From assembly GCF_009834535.1 (NCBI RefSeq), contig NC_045697.1, forward strand, positions 41,728,001 to 41,792,000: a stretch of DNA of 64,000 nucleotides, in the 5' to 3' direction. A program made the position numbers and the translations under genes. Source of the DNA: Camelus ferus (taxonomy: Eukaryota). This document shows positions 25,461 through 37,500 of the stretch, piece after piece. Under the pieces are notes generated by a model. That model ran no database searches and had not been told where the DNA came from. It saw only the letters and a list, made by a program, of their open reading frames with translations. Numbering within the stretch: the stretch's first letter is position 1; each line of letters starts with the position of its first letter.

Positions 25461-26816
25461 TGACTGTTTTAAAAAGTGCCTATTCCTCATGTTCACTCCT
25501 GTTACACAGCCTAAATTATAGCAAAACTGAAGGGCAAAAAGTCAAACTATCATTTCCTATTGGAAATAGCTGAAATTAAAAGATTGCTTAAATGTTTTAA
25601 GAGAAGTTAAGTTTTTCTGTTGTGGAGATGAACTTGCAATACTGTTCTCAAAAAAAAAAAAAAAAAAGAAAAAGCCTTTTTCTCTTTTACTTAAGGAGAC
25701 TGTCTACCCTTTTCTCAACCACTGAAATAGTTTGAATGAGTTCAGAATCTTGGATGGAACTTTTACATGTTAATAAGTCTATCTCATCAGTGAAACTATT
25801 TCTTGCCTTTTCAAATTCTGAAACCTAAGGTCTTGTTTGTCTCCTTAATGTAACTATCACCGGAAAATGTTCTGGTAGGGGGTTCTGGAAATTCCTTCTC
25901 AGTTAGAGTTGACAATGAACTTCACAGTGTCTGGTGTTAGTCTTAAACTCCATAGTTCCCAGTAAGCTGAACATTTATCTAATCATTATACAAAACCTAT
26001 GCAAATAATACACTTCACTGAATTAAAAATTTGAATTTTATTTAAAAATGGACTGGGAAGCTATCATTTAAGATACCTTGTAGTGATTTGTAGGGCCAAT
26101 CACTAATCTCCTTATTTAAATTTAGTAAGTTTCAATTGTACATACTTGATTTCTTAAATGGGGGCACAGACATGGTACTCACCATCCTTGGCCTTAAGTT
26201 AAACATGGTCATAGAGAAAGAGAGAGCTTTACCAGGTATAATATTGCTCTAGCAGAATTGAGTTACAAAAGTTTTTTCAATGAGTCTTGAGAGAAAAAAC
26301 AGTATTTATTAATATTCACTATATGTATATATACATAATTTAAAAATATACTTAATTTTTTAAAACATCTCTGTGAAATGTGTGTTTTCACTACCCCTTT
26401 AACCTATTAGGACCCTTAGACTCAAAGAGGACAAGAAAATTGCATAAAGACACGTAAGTACTCAGGGGTAGAATCTGGATTACCAGGCAGGTATTTCTCG
26501 TGCCAAGATACATGCTCCTTCTGTTAAACAATGGTACGTGGTATATGTTCAAACAACTTTGATGGAGGTTCAAAACAACATATCTTTAATATGCAGAGGC
26601 AAGAAGAGAAACTTCAGAGACAACAAATGACAAAATCAAGCAACTTTCCTGCTCAGGGGAACCTTTGAGATCACCTTGTCAAACCTCTTAATTTTACAGA
26701 GGCCAACACTGGAGCTCAGAGCAGTTAGGTGATTTGTATCCACTGTCAAAAGCAAATTAATGTCAGGTTAAATATAGTCCTTTAAAATGTAGTTTTGTCT
26801 TTAGGGCCATTCTCAC

Positions 26817-26890
26817 CTGCAGATATACTTGAGGAGGTTGTAATTGACCACCGGCAAACTCCTCACCTGCTTTGCTAATTCTTTAACACC
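26817..26890 (-). CDS. ARHGAP24: ARHGAP24 coding exon (74 nt), RhoGAP domain
   Basis: Acceptor tactcag|GGT, donor GCAG|gtgaga. Translates GVKELAKQVRSLPVVNYNLLKYIC(R). Phase 0 in, phase 2 out. Confidence 0.96.
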
Positions 26891-27449
26891 CTGAGTATAA
26901 AGAAGAGAAAAAACGTTACCTAAGTGCTGGCTTTGGAATTAAAGCACATGGAAAATGGACATACAGTTGTTTTTTAATTAGTTTCACATATTACCAGTGA
27001 AGGATCCTGTCCTGCAAACTTGCCACCATCACAGAGAACTTTCCAGGAATATTTTCAAAGATGTGAAAGCGTTTCAAATATCTATGTAAGCGCTATTTGT
27101 GAAGAAACAGATTTAAGTGAAGCTCTTAACCTTTTTAACATTTGTTCACAATGGCTGAAAGGGAAGATAGCTTCATTTATAATATGGTTATTTGGGGAAA
27201 ACAGTAGCTTCGATGTAGTGAGAGTCCTTCTCATTTTTAGCATGTCCAAAACAGACAAACACACGTCTACTGACGAATAAGTCTCTGACATCTAGGAAAC
27301 ATCATTTGGGGTGGGATGGAGGGTTGGAAAGGCTGATCTTCCCAGGTGTTTCACAAAGAGATTAATTGCTTTGATTCTTCTCATTGTAGAACTTCCTCTA
27401 AAATGTAAATTGTCCCAGAAAAGCTAATGAAGAATGTAATCTGATCTGT

Positions 27450-27605
27450 TGTCACTGTAAAGGGCCAGATAGTAAATAATTTCACCTTTTTGGGACTCAT
27501 GGTCTCTGTCTCAACTATTCTACACTATAGTTGTAGTGCAAACGTAGCCACAGACAATATTACATAACAAATGGAATAAAACTTCATTTGCAAAAACTGG
27601 CAGCA
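27450..27605 (+). mobile_element. MER58A-like hAT DNA transposon, interrupted by L1
   Basis: ctgtaaagggccagatagtaaata...ggtctctgtctcaacta...gtagtgcaaacgtagccacagacaata...aataaaacttcatttgcaaaaac. Appears to resume after ~28963. Confidence 0.75.
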
Positions 27606-28962
27606 ATTTCAACAAGAGTGCCAAGAAAGCCCAATGGGGGAAGCAATTAGTCTTTTCAACAAATGATGCTGGGACAAGTGGATGTCCATATGCCAAAGAA
27701 TGAAGTTGGACCTTCTCCTCACACTGTGAACAAAAATTAACCCAAAGTGGATCAGAGACTTAAACGTAAGAGCTAAGTTGTAGGGGGAGGGTATGTATGG
27801 CTCAGTGGTAGAGCTCATGATTAGCATGCACGAGGTCCTGGGTTCAATCCCCAGTACCTCCATTATAAATAAATAAATAAAAACCTAATTACCTCCCTCC
27901 CCCAAAATTTTTTTTAAAAATAGCTAAATTACTGAAGTCTTAGAAGAAAATATAGGAGTAAACCCTCATGACCTTGGGCTAAAGCCTTCTTAGACATGAC
28001 ACAGATGACAAAAGTAAAATAGGTAAGTTGGACTTTTTTGCAATGAAAACCTTTGTGCTTCAAAGGACACCGTCAAGAAGAGGAAGAGACAACCCACAGA
28101 ATGGGAGAAAACATTTGCAAATCATATACCTGATGAGGCACTTGTAACCTAAACTATAAAGAACTCTGACAACTCAGTAACAAGACCAATGACTCAATTA
28201 AAAATGGGGAAATGATCTGAAGAGATGTTTCTCCAAAGAAAATACACGAATAGCCAATAAGCACATGAAAAGATGCTTGACATTATTAACCATTTGAGAA
28301 ATGTAAGTCAAACTACTGCGCACATTAGGATGATGAAAAAGAGAGAGAACAACAAGGGTTGGCAAACACGTGGAGAAGCTGGAACCGGCACACACTGCGG
28401 GTGGGAATTTAAAATGGTGGAGCCTCCTTACAAAACATGGGGCTACACATGGCCCAGGAGGTCTACCTCCTAGATATACACCCAGGAGAAATGAGATCAT
28501 ATGTCCTTGCAAAACCTTGTACATGGGTGTTCATAACAGCTTTATTAACTATAACCAAACAATGGAAACAACAACACATGTCCCATAACTGATGAACAAA
28601 TAAATAAACGGAATGAAATACTGATTTATGGGGTATAATGGGAATGAATCTTGGAAACAGTGAAACAAGACAGTCACAAAAGACAAGCATACTGAGTGAT
28701 TCCATTTACATGAAATATCCAGAATAGGCAAATATCCAGAACATAGATGAATAGTTGCCAAGAGCTGGGGAAGGAGGAGCTGGGAGAACAGGTATGGGGT
28801 TTGTTATGTGATGATGAGAATCTACTAAATATTCTACAATTAGAATTTGGTGGCGGTTGCACAACTCCGAGAATATACGAAAAAGCACTGAATTGTGCAC
28901 TTTAAATAAGTGATTGTATGGTATATGAATTACATCTCAATAAAGCTGTTTTTAAAAAAAAA
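27606..28962 (+). mobile_element. L1 (L1MB-like) ORF2 end + 3' UTR
   Basis: tttcaacaaatgatgctgggacaa; agacaacccacagaatgggagaaaacatttgcaaatcatata; ends gaattacatctcaataaagctgtttttaaaaaaaaa. Confidence 0.85.
27783..27920 (+). mobile_element. Young tRNA-derived SINE (camelid vic-1-like) nested in L1
   Basis: gggggagggtatgtatggctcagtggtagag...gcatgcacgaggtcctgggttcaatccccagtacctccatt(aaat)n-aaacctaattacctccc; imperfect TSD a.agctaa.tt. Confidence 0.88.
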
Positions 28963-29338
28963 GCAGGAGGCAGGCTTTGGTAGGACTCACCGTCTGAGAT
29001 GACGTAGGGGGACACAATGGAAAAGGGTTATGAAATAAGGCATCCGCTTTGTTCACGGAATGTTTGGCCTGCCGCAGCTCCACAATTCACCGTGTAGGGG
29101 GACAAAGTGGAAAGGAGTGCCGAGTTCATTTATTCTGCTACATTTTTCATTTTTGATGAAAGAGAGGATCAAAACTGGGACCTGAGTTGTGTGCATAAAT
29201 TCTAAATGGGTGTAATGTCAATATTTGGAATAGTGGAAAACAATCCAAGGCTGCGGCAAAGGAAAATTTATAGATTAAAGACAAAGAACACTGACAAACC
29301 CCAAACAATATTTTGAAGAAATAAATGCATCGACTTAC

Positions 29339-29471
29339 AGCTTCCTCCTCCTTGCTGAGCAGTTTGGCACATGACAAAAAGTCTTCGTACTTTGCATAAG
29401 GAATGACCGGTTCTGGGAGCTCTCGGAGATACAGTTTAAGAAGCGATGCCACTGTGTGTACATCCGTGTTG
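29339..29471 (-). CDS. ARHGAP24: ARHGAP24 coding exon (133 nt), RhoGAP domain
   Basis: Acceptor ctccacag|C, donor GCT|gtaagt. Translates (S)[44 protein letters not shown], with the classic Rho[15 protein letters not shown] motif. Phase 2 in, phase 0 out, matching both neighbours. Confidence 0.97.
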
Positions 29472-30589
29472 CTGTGGAGATAGAAGTGTGATGACTCTCT
29501 GTAGAGTGAACTTTATATACTATTTAATCAGTTTTTTCATCAAACATACATCTAAGAGTCAGATTTCTATATGGGTTGGTGTTTGAATTGGTCAATCTGG
29601 CTTTCCAGAAGCACACATTTAGGTAACGCCTATTAGATGTTAGCGCAGGCGGGAAGGAGAGGGACCTAAAGAGACACTTGGAATCCTTGGTGTGGTTTAC
29701 AAATATTCAAAAGTGCAAGCATTTTTCTTTTGTGTGTATTTGATATTAAGCAAAAGTGTTGCTTTCATAAAACAATGAGAACATGCATACCAGACAAAGT
29801 ATAATATAATGTACCCAAAATACCCAATCTACGTATGTGTGTAGGTATATATGCAATGTCAAAATGAATCACTTCTGGATCCTAACTTCATTTCTTATTC
29901 TTTAGAAGACATTGGTGATTGGTTATAGATACCTGAAGTTTAGTATGACATGTTTTGACTTTTTAAGAAAAACTCATTTTGAAGATGATTGATCTCAGCA
30001 TGATTGCTTGTCTAATATTCTGAGAGTTGGGAACCCTTAGAGACTTCTAGAAAGAGAAGGAAAGTGCTACAAAAATAAACAATGAAAACTTGACATGTCC
30101 TTTGTGAAATGTGCAAAATTTATTTTTATTCTCTGCTGAATACCAGAGTGACAGGATGATTTACTGAAATATTAATGTATATTTTGTACTCTGTATCTCC
30201 CTGTTGATCCATGAAGATGGCTGACAGTCAAGACAAGAGGAAGTGGGTTCTGGTTTGGTTTGGTTTGGTTTCGGGGGGTGGGGGACAGGAGCGTGGGAAG
30301 GAGAGACTGGCGGTCAGGGAGTGAAAGGTCAATCGATTCCCAAGAAGCAGGAAGAGTGGTGTGAACAAGGTCAGTGATTCTGTAAGAAGAGGAGCGTACA
30401 CCCTGCTCCCAGGCTGTGCTGCAGGAAGACGCAGGTCACAGAGAGTATTCCTTCAGAAGCTGGAATGCAGGCACTGGGATTTCCTGCCTCAGTGACTCTT
30501 CTCTTGTCCCAAGGATGACATGAAAGCAGAGGTGCCTTTGCAAATCTATATGGGGGCTGGGAACGGGCATCTCAGTGCTCAAGTTTGGA

Positions 30590-31080
30590 CTCAGATGAAT
30601 TTCGCCAGCAATTTCCCACGTATCTACTCTGTATTGAGCATTACAGAAAACACAGTGGCCAGAACTCTAAGAGGCTAAACAAGGAATATTCTAGCCTGCC
30701 ATAATTTATAATCTAGTAGGAGCAGGAGATACTAAGCGGACAGTAGTACAAGTATATAATTACAAAGTGTGGTGAATGGTAATAAGGAAAAGTAGTGGAT
30801 GCCATCTAATAACAAGAAAGGACTAATCCAGGAGCTAGAGGGCTTCTCTGAGGAAACGGTGCTTAGGCTAAGGTCTAAAGAGGTGTAAGAATGAACTAAG
30901 TGAGAGTGAAGAAAAAAAGAAGGCATTCCTGATTAAAGTAAGGCAGGCAAACAGAGCCCAAAGTGGGAGGGAGCGCCCTGTCCTCGAGGAATTGACAAAA
31001 GGCTAAGGGAGACCAGAGCTCAGAGCAGGACTGGATTAGGTCTGAGCAGAAGTCAGCCTCATGGACCAGGGACTTCACCC
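30590..31080 (-). mobile_element. L2 fragment
   Basis: Antisense L2 3' region: ttataatctagtagg...gggcttctctgaggaaacggtgcttaggctaaggtctaaagagg... Confidence 0.6.
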
Positions 31081-32869
31081 ACCTCAGAATCAGACAGGGC
31101 GAGGGCTGGGGTTTTCCATTTAGTGTCAGAGCCAGTCAGAGCATATCGTCAACCATTTTGCAGATGCTAAAATGATGGAGGTGACCTGACGGAGTCTCTC
31201 TTCAATCAATTTTATTGTTTTCATAAGTAAATAAATGAACTTTTTTCTCTTAAAATGCTGAACTGATAGACAATACAGAAATCATCTCAAAGGCCAGTAA
31301 AGGGAATAAAAATCATGTCTCTGAGACATCTTGAACATTTGGCCCAAACTCATTAACTCCTAAAAACACTTTCAAAAAAAGTTTTTTCTTTTTAAAAAAA
31401 AGACAGACCTAAAATAGTCTCATTGGTAAGGTAAGGCAAGGAAGACACTAGTTTTGTTTGTTTTCTGGCGAATTGCTCTATTTCATGCAATCCCTTCTGC
31501 TTCACTTTCTATGTAGCAAAGCACCTGACCCTTGAAGGCACAGTCAGCAGCAGCAACAAAACCACAGCCTGGGCAGGATATGCAGTGCAATCAGATATTA
31601 TAATAAACGCTTTCCATCTTTTGATTCCACTCTAATCCAGTCCACTCAAATCCAACCCAATGCACGACTGGATTGTTGTGTTGCCTTCAAAGTGAATGAT
31701 CTTCTTGTTAAAGTTATAGGAAGACAGAGAAGAATACAAAAATAAAATGTAAAGTATGTATAATTTCAACATGTGGAGTGTGTCATGTATAATTTGTGTG
31801 ACTATATATACATAGAATATATAAAAATATTTATGAATTAAACACAAGAAATAAATGAGGCAATAAAAATAAACAAGAAATATATATTTAGAAGAAATCT
31901 GTTTTAGTGTTTCGGTGATGGGCTGTTGGTTACACTGTCTCTCCCCAAGCACACTGTGTTAAAGGTAACTTGCTTGTTACTTCCTGTGTTATTTGGCTTC
32001 TAAAGTTGAGCTGTTGTACTGAGGACGTTTGAACACTAGATGGCACGATTGCAAAGTCAGACTGATGGAGATGGCGTGAAAATTGTTAAGGATGAAAGGC
32101 TGCAGAATCATTCTTCATCCACCGGTAATTTTCTTAGCACCAAAGCTGCAGTAATGCTCCAAGAATAGAAATATTTGCGCTATGAATCAAGGTAAGAGAT
32201 GTGGACCAGGATGATCATTTTATTCCCCCTTAAAGCGATATGTTGCATCAGTTTTCTAGCACTGTAAGTGTATGCCCACACACTATTAGTTACATAGAAA
32301 CGATACAGAAAAATAATGGCCAAATATATATATTTTTAAATTAACAAAGATTATTACTTTTTTAAGTTAAAGGATACAACTTAAAAATTTGTAACTCTTT
32401 GGGGGAGCTTTATTAAACTTAGGTTATTTTGTAGAAATAGAGACTTCTCCATTTACTTAGCATTGTCATTTTTGGCTTTGTCCTTTCCCACTGAAGGGAA
32501 AAAAGCAGTAATTTCTGGGAAAACTTGAACCTGTTTGCCAGCTTAGGTTCACCTCGAGAAGCCCACAGTCCATCTGCAGCAACTGCCAGTGCTGCTTGCT
32601 GTAAAGGGAGATCTGATGTTTCTCTGAAATATCTCTTTGTATATCCATTCTACAAAATAGCAACCTTCTGCACCTAAAGCTACAGCCTTACTGAAGACCC
32701 AGGACTTTGCCTAATTAATATTTGCTTTAATGTGTAGAAGTAAATAGCAATGTTATGTGTTAATTGCCCAAAGTACATAGTGGGATATACTACCTTTGCC
32801 TTAGAGAAACACATCATGTTCTCCAGCAAAGTGAAGTGAAGTGACTGAATTACAGCAGACTTTTTGTTC

Positions 32870-33013
32870 TTTTTTTTTTTTTAAGTGTTTTTTGTTTGTT
32901 TGTTTTGAGGGGGTAGGTAATTAAGTTTATTTTTTAATGGAGGCACTGGGGATTGAAGCCAGGACCTTGTGCATGCTAAGCACACACTACCACTGAGCTA
33001 GATCCTCAACCCC
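32870..33013 (-). mobile_element. Young tRNA-derived SINE (camelid vic-1-like)
   Basis: Reverse complement of the same SINE: taggtaattaagttt...aatggaggcactggggattgaagccaggaccttgtgcatgctaagc...taccactgagcta; T-rich tail at left. Confidence 0.85.
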
Positions 33014-33083
33014 ACCCTCCCCACCTGCATTATGGTAAACTTTTGAGTTGTGCGATAGAGGATTAAAATCCCTAACCTGGTTA

Positions 33084-33084
<1 letters not shown>

Positions 33085-33153
<69 letters not shown>

Positions 33154-33186
33154 CAACAACAACAGCAGCAGCAGCAGCAGCAGCAG
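33085..33186. repeat. Compound trinucleotide microsatellite (TAA)22(CAA)4(CAG)8
   Basis: Counted directly: TAA 33085-33150, CAA 33151-33162, CAG 33163-33186. Confidence 0.95.
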
Positions 33187-34770
33187 CATGTACCTATACA
33201 CATCTCTCTGACTCAGGCCCTCCCAGCAGTCCAGGGGGTGGGTCCTGTTATTAACTCCACTCGGGACGTGAATAGGAAACTGCATAGACAGAAAATCCTC
33301 TCAGGTTAATCACTGAGATATGAGGGGTTTTAAAGTCACACTCATTTGGTAGATACTCAAAACTATTTGCTAATATAAATTCTTTATCCAGACCTCAGGT
33401 CTCTTTCACTCACCTGGTGGTAGAAATTGTTTTCAGAAATAAAGATAAATAATCATGCACATCCTATGCAGCGACAGCAAAGAGACAGAGACAGCCCAGG
33501 GGTCCCGAGTAGAAGAGCTATCAGGCCAGAAGAGGTTCTGCACATATGCCTCTTAATTGATCAGCATGTGGGGTTTGTTTTCACCTTAAATTGTACTTGG
33601 GCTTTCCTTCTGGATCCTGGAGTGCTTTTTAGTAAACTTGAATTCCCTGAGACTTTCTATGATTGACCTAATTTTATATTCTTGCCGGTCTTCCTTAGGT
33701 CATTCTGGGATTGTTCTGTCATTCACTCTTCAAACGGTTCCCGAACACCTGTGGTCTGCACTGCCTCGTGGCACATGCGAGGTGAAACAGACAGGAACAA
33801 CATAGAACTTTTTTGTCCTCCTTTGGACTTGTACATCTAACCAATCACCATCAACACATTGCCCTCCCATGCCTCATGTGTTTGACTGCTTAACACTTTC
33901 TGTACCTTCTAGCTGCCAAGTCCCTGCCAGGTGTGTGATCTTCAGAATGTTTTTATGCTTCCTGGAAATTGTTTGCCTGTTTATAGTCTATGTACAATAT
34001 AGTCCTCTTGCTAATCTGAAAAGGGATAAAGGAGGCTGGCCACAATCCCTCTCGCTCATCCTCTAACCCCACCTGCACCTTCCCTGATGAACACTCTCAC
34101 CCAGAGAGAAGTAGACTGCTGCAGTAATTACAAGCATAATACTACACAGATAAAAACCTTAAAACTTTTACACCTCAAAATTAGAAATGGAAAATTTTCA
34201 CTCTGGATGCTATGCACAGAACACAACATAATCTGAGGATTTAAGTGAATAAAATGAATTTCCAGTGCACCCACACAGGAAATTATTAAAGATACTGCCA
34301 AATTATTTGCAACATACACAATGAGATGACCTAACATCATCAAACGTCAGGGAGAACATATATGAGACTGAAAACATTCAGCATCGTTGCCAAGATGAAG
34401 GCGGCCACCAGACTATCTTAAACGACATGCTGTTCTGTCCACTGAATTCACCAAGACAGAGAAAAGCAAATCCAGAGCTGGTAAGCAGTTCCAAACTAAA
34501 TTAAACATTTACAAGAAAAGTCTGGTTCTGTTCTAACTTTGTTTTTTGGTTTTTTTTTACAGATCTGTCAAAACGAGTACACTTATTGGCAATGAAATTT
34601 GAATCTGGTTAAACTGTCATGGCTTATTGTGGTTACGTAAGTACCACTGCTGAATTATATACAACACCAAAGGGCACTTTTATCTGTCTGGACTACACTG
34701 AATTAGTGCTTGTTTCAAACAAGTCTCCTGGTTTAAAAGTAATGATGGCACAGACCCGCATGATGACCCT

Positions 34771-35169
34771 GGCTATGGGCTGAACTGTTGTCTCTCCCAA
34801 AGTCATACATTGAAGCCCCAACCTCTGAGGTTGTATCTGGAGATGGGACCTTGGGGAGGTAATTAGGGTTAGATGAGGTCATGAGGGTGGGACTCTGGTT
34901 TGATAGGATTAGAGCCCTTATAATGAAAGACACCAATAAGCTTGTTCCCCACCCCCTGCTCCTGTGCTCGTGTGAGGAAGAAAGGCCATGTGAACACAGG
35001 GTGAGAAGGTGGCTGTCTACAAGCCAAGAAGGGAGCCTTTCCCAGAACCCAGCCACGCTGACACCCCGATCTCAGACTCGGCCTCCAGAGCTGTGAGAAA
35101 ATTAACCTCTATCGTTGAAGCCACCTAGTCTGCGGTATTTTGTCATGGCAGTCTGAGTTGACTAGTATA
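34771..35169 (+). mobile_element. MLT1A/B-type MaLR solo LTR
   Basis: gctatgggctgaa...gaggtaattagggttagatgaggtcatgagggtgg...gcctccagagctgtgagaaa...aagccacctagtctgcggtattttgtcatggcag. Confidence 0.85.
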
Positions 35170-36099
35170 ATCCCAAATCTGCATCTGGTGAGCTTACCCG
35201 TAAAACCATGAATAGTACCGATAGAGCACTAGGACACGAAATGTCATCAGAAAGACAGAAACATGCTTTCAGATAACGTCGATTTTTGGAAATATTGCCA
35301 GATTGACCAATATGACAGAGAAGAAAATGTTTCTCAACCTTGATTGCACACTGGAGTCACCTGGTAAGTTTTTCAAAATACTGTTGATTGGGTCCTACAT
35401 ATTCTGATACAATTGGTCTGGGTGAAGCCTGGGCACGGAGATTTTTTAAAAGCTCCTCAATTCTCATGCGCTGCCATGGTTGAAGAATATTAATATAGAA
35501 CATGTATCTGAGGTGGAAACCTTCCAAATAAGGAGGCAGTTCTAATGTGAAACGGTCACAAGTTAAAATCTGGCCACTCTCCACTCCATCATTCATTGGC
35601 ACCAACTACTCATATCCTTCTCTCTCCAGTGTTCCCTGATGGAAGAGAAGTGAGAGGAATGTTGGTGCGGAGATGTTATTCAGGCTTAAACCAAAGTGTC
35701 ACGCTGATCTTGTCTTTCCCACTTCTAGAATTACTTACGTGTGTACATGGATATGTGTATAGATTCCCCCCTTACACAGCCAGCTAATCACATAAAAAAA
35801 ATTGAGAGTTTGATAGACAATCCAACATATACACACACGCATGCACACATATGTTGTGCACACACACACACACACCTATATGTGTATGATGCACAAAGTA
35901 ACAAGATACCCTGTTGTGTACCTGCAGAAGAGATTCCTTTCAGCAGTCTGAGTTGGGTGATTCCACACAACAGATCCCTCAAATAGAAAGTAGCTATATT
36001 TCCAAACTGAAAAAAAAAAACTTCATCCATTGGCTATTTCTGATAAACATTTCCCTTGTGTAAGTCTCTCATTTCATTGTTTTTTGCCACCTCACTCAC

Positions 36100-36700
36100 C
36101 TGCTCCTTCTCCGGTCATCCTTCCTTACTAGTCAGCTCCCAAGCTTTCCTTCCTCCACTGGCCTCTAAGTGTTATTTTCCTTGACTCTCTGTAGATGCCC
36201 TGGCTAAATCCATGAGTTCAACTATCATCTTTCTGCAGAGACTACAAAGTGCATATCTCTACATCAGATCTTTCCATTGACTTCTTCGATGTTCCATACA
36301 TGCTCTGAACTCCATATATACAAAGCTGGACAACAACAGCAAAAACCTTGAAATAAAATTATTCCTCCTTTATCATTTCCTCAACCATGACTGACATTAC
36401 TATTGACATGAACAAGCAAGAAGCCTAGAAGTCAACCTAAATGTTGCTTTTCTTGAGACCCTAAATTTAACAATGATTAATGATCCTCAGACTGATCTGA
36501 ATGTTGGAATTACTTGGAAAGTTTTAAAAAATACTAATGACTGAATCCTGTATATATTCCGATGTCATACCTTATGAATTTGTTCCATCTCTCAGCAGTC
36601 TCATTGCCATTGCTCAAGTTCAAGTTCATATTACTCACCTCCATCATGTAACAGCATATTAATTGCTGATCTTTCTGCTACAAGTCTGTCTTCCCACCCT
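36100..36700 (+). mobile_element. L2 fragments with an embedded MER5-like remnant
   Basis: Pyrimidine-rich L2 sense motifs (tcaactatcatctttctgcagagacta; aagcctagaagtcaacct; cattgctcaagttcaag). Confidence 0.5.
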
Positions 36701-37221
36701 AGGCCCCTGAACATACACATACAAGTAGTAATCATTAGTAACAAATAAATATAAATGACAAGCAAAATGCCCTGTTTATGGCTTTTGAATACTACATTTG
36801 AATACAAAGGGCAAATGTTTAACCATATACAGATAAATATGTATCACATAGAAATACATTAGACTTATTTTATAGACTAGTCATTAGAAGTGACATGTAA
36901 TTAGTTGGGATTAATATGTTTGAGAGCATTGATTCACTTTATAAATAGCCACACTCTAATGTGTCTAATTAAATTAAAAATTTAGACTAAAGAATAAAAA
37001 TAAAATCTGACTTTCCCATTATAGTCACCAGGGTGATTTCATTGGAGTGGAAAGGCTAATGCAATTCAGGTACTTAAAAAAGGCTTGATGTAAAATATTC
37101 AGAAAAATTTCCTTAAAGCAATATTACATCAGTATAACTCTATTTTAACAGGCTACATTGTACATCCATATGCATTCAATTCCAAAAACAACAACAAAAA
37201 CCTAACTAAAACCTTAAGGTG

Positions 37222-37500
37222 TAACTAGTAGATAAGTTTCGGAGATCTAATACACAGCATAGTAAATATAGTCAATAATACTGTGTTATAAACTGCAAAG
37301 TTGCTAAGAGGTTATATCTTATTGTTCTTATTACAAAAAAGAAAGTATAATTATGTGACCTCATAGAGATGCTAGCCAATCCTACAATGGCAATCATACT
37401 GTAATATATAAATGTAACAAACCAACACACGGTACACCTTAAACTTACATAGCTATATGTCAGTTATAGCCCAATACAAATAAATTAATTACTTTTAAAA
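37222..37500 (+). mobile_element. L1 3' end (L1MA9-like)
   Basis: gagatctaatacacagcatagtaaatatagtcaataatactgtg...aagttgctaagag...tacaccttaaacttaca...tatatgtcagttata. Confidence 0.75.

Noticed and set aside
32998..33285. Poly-Leu and poly-Ile/Thr/Ala ORFs
   Set aside because: Translation artefacts of the trinucleotide repeat.
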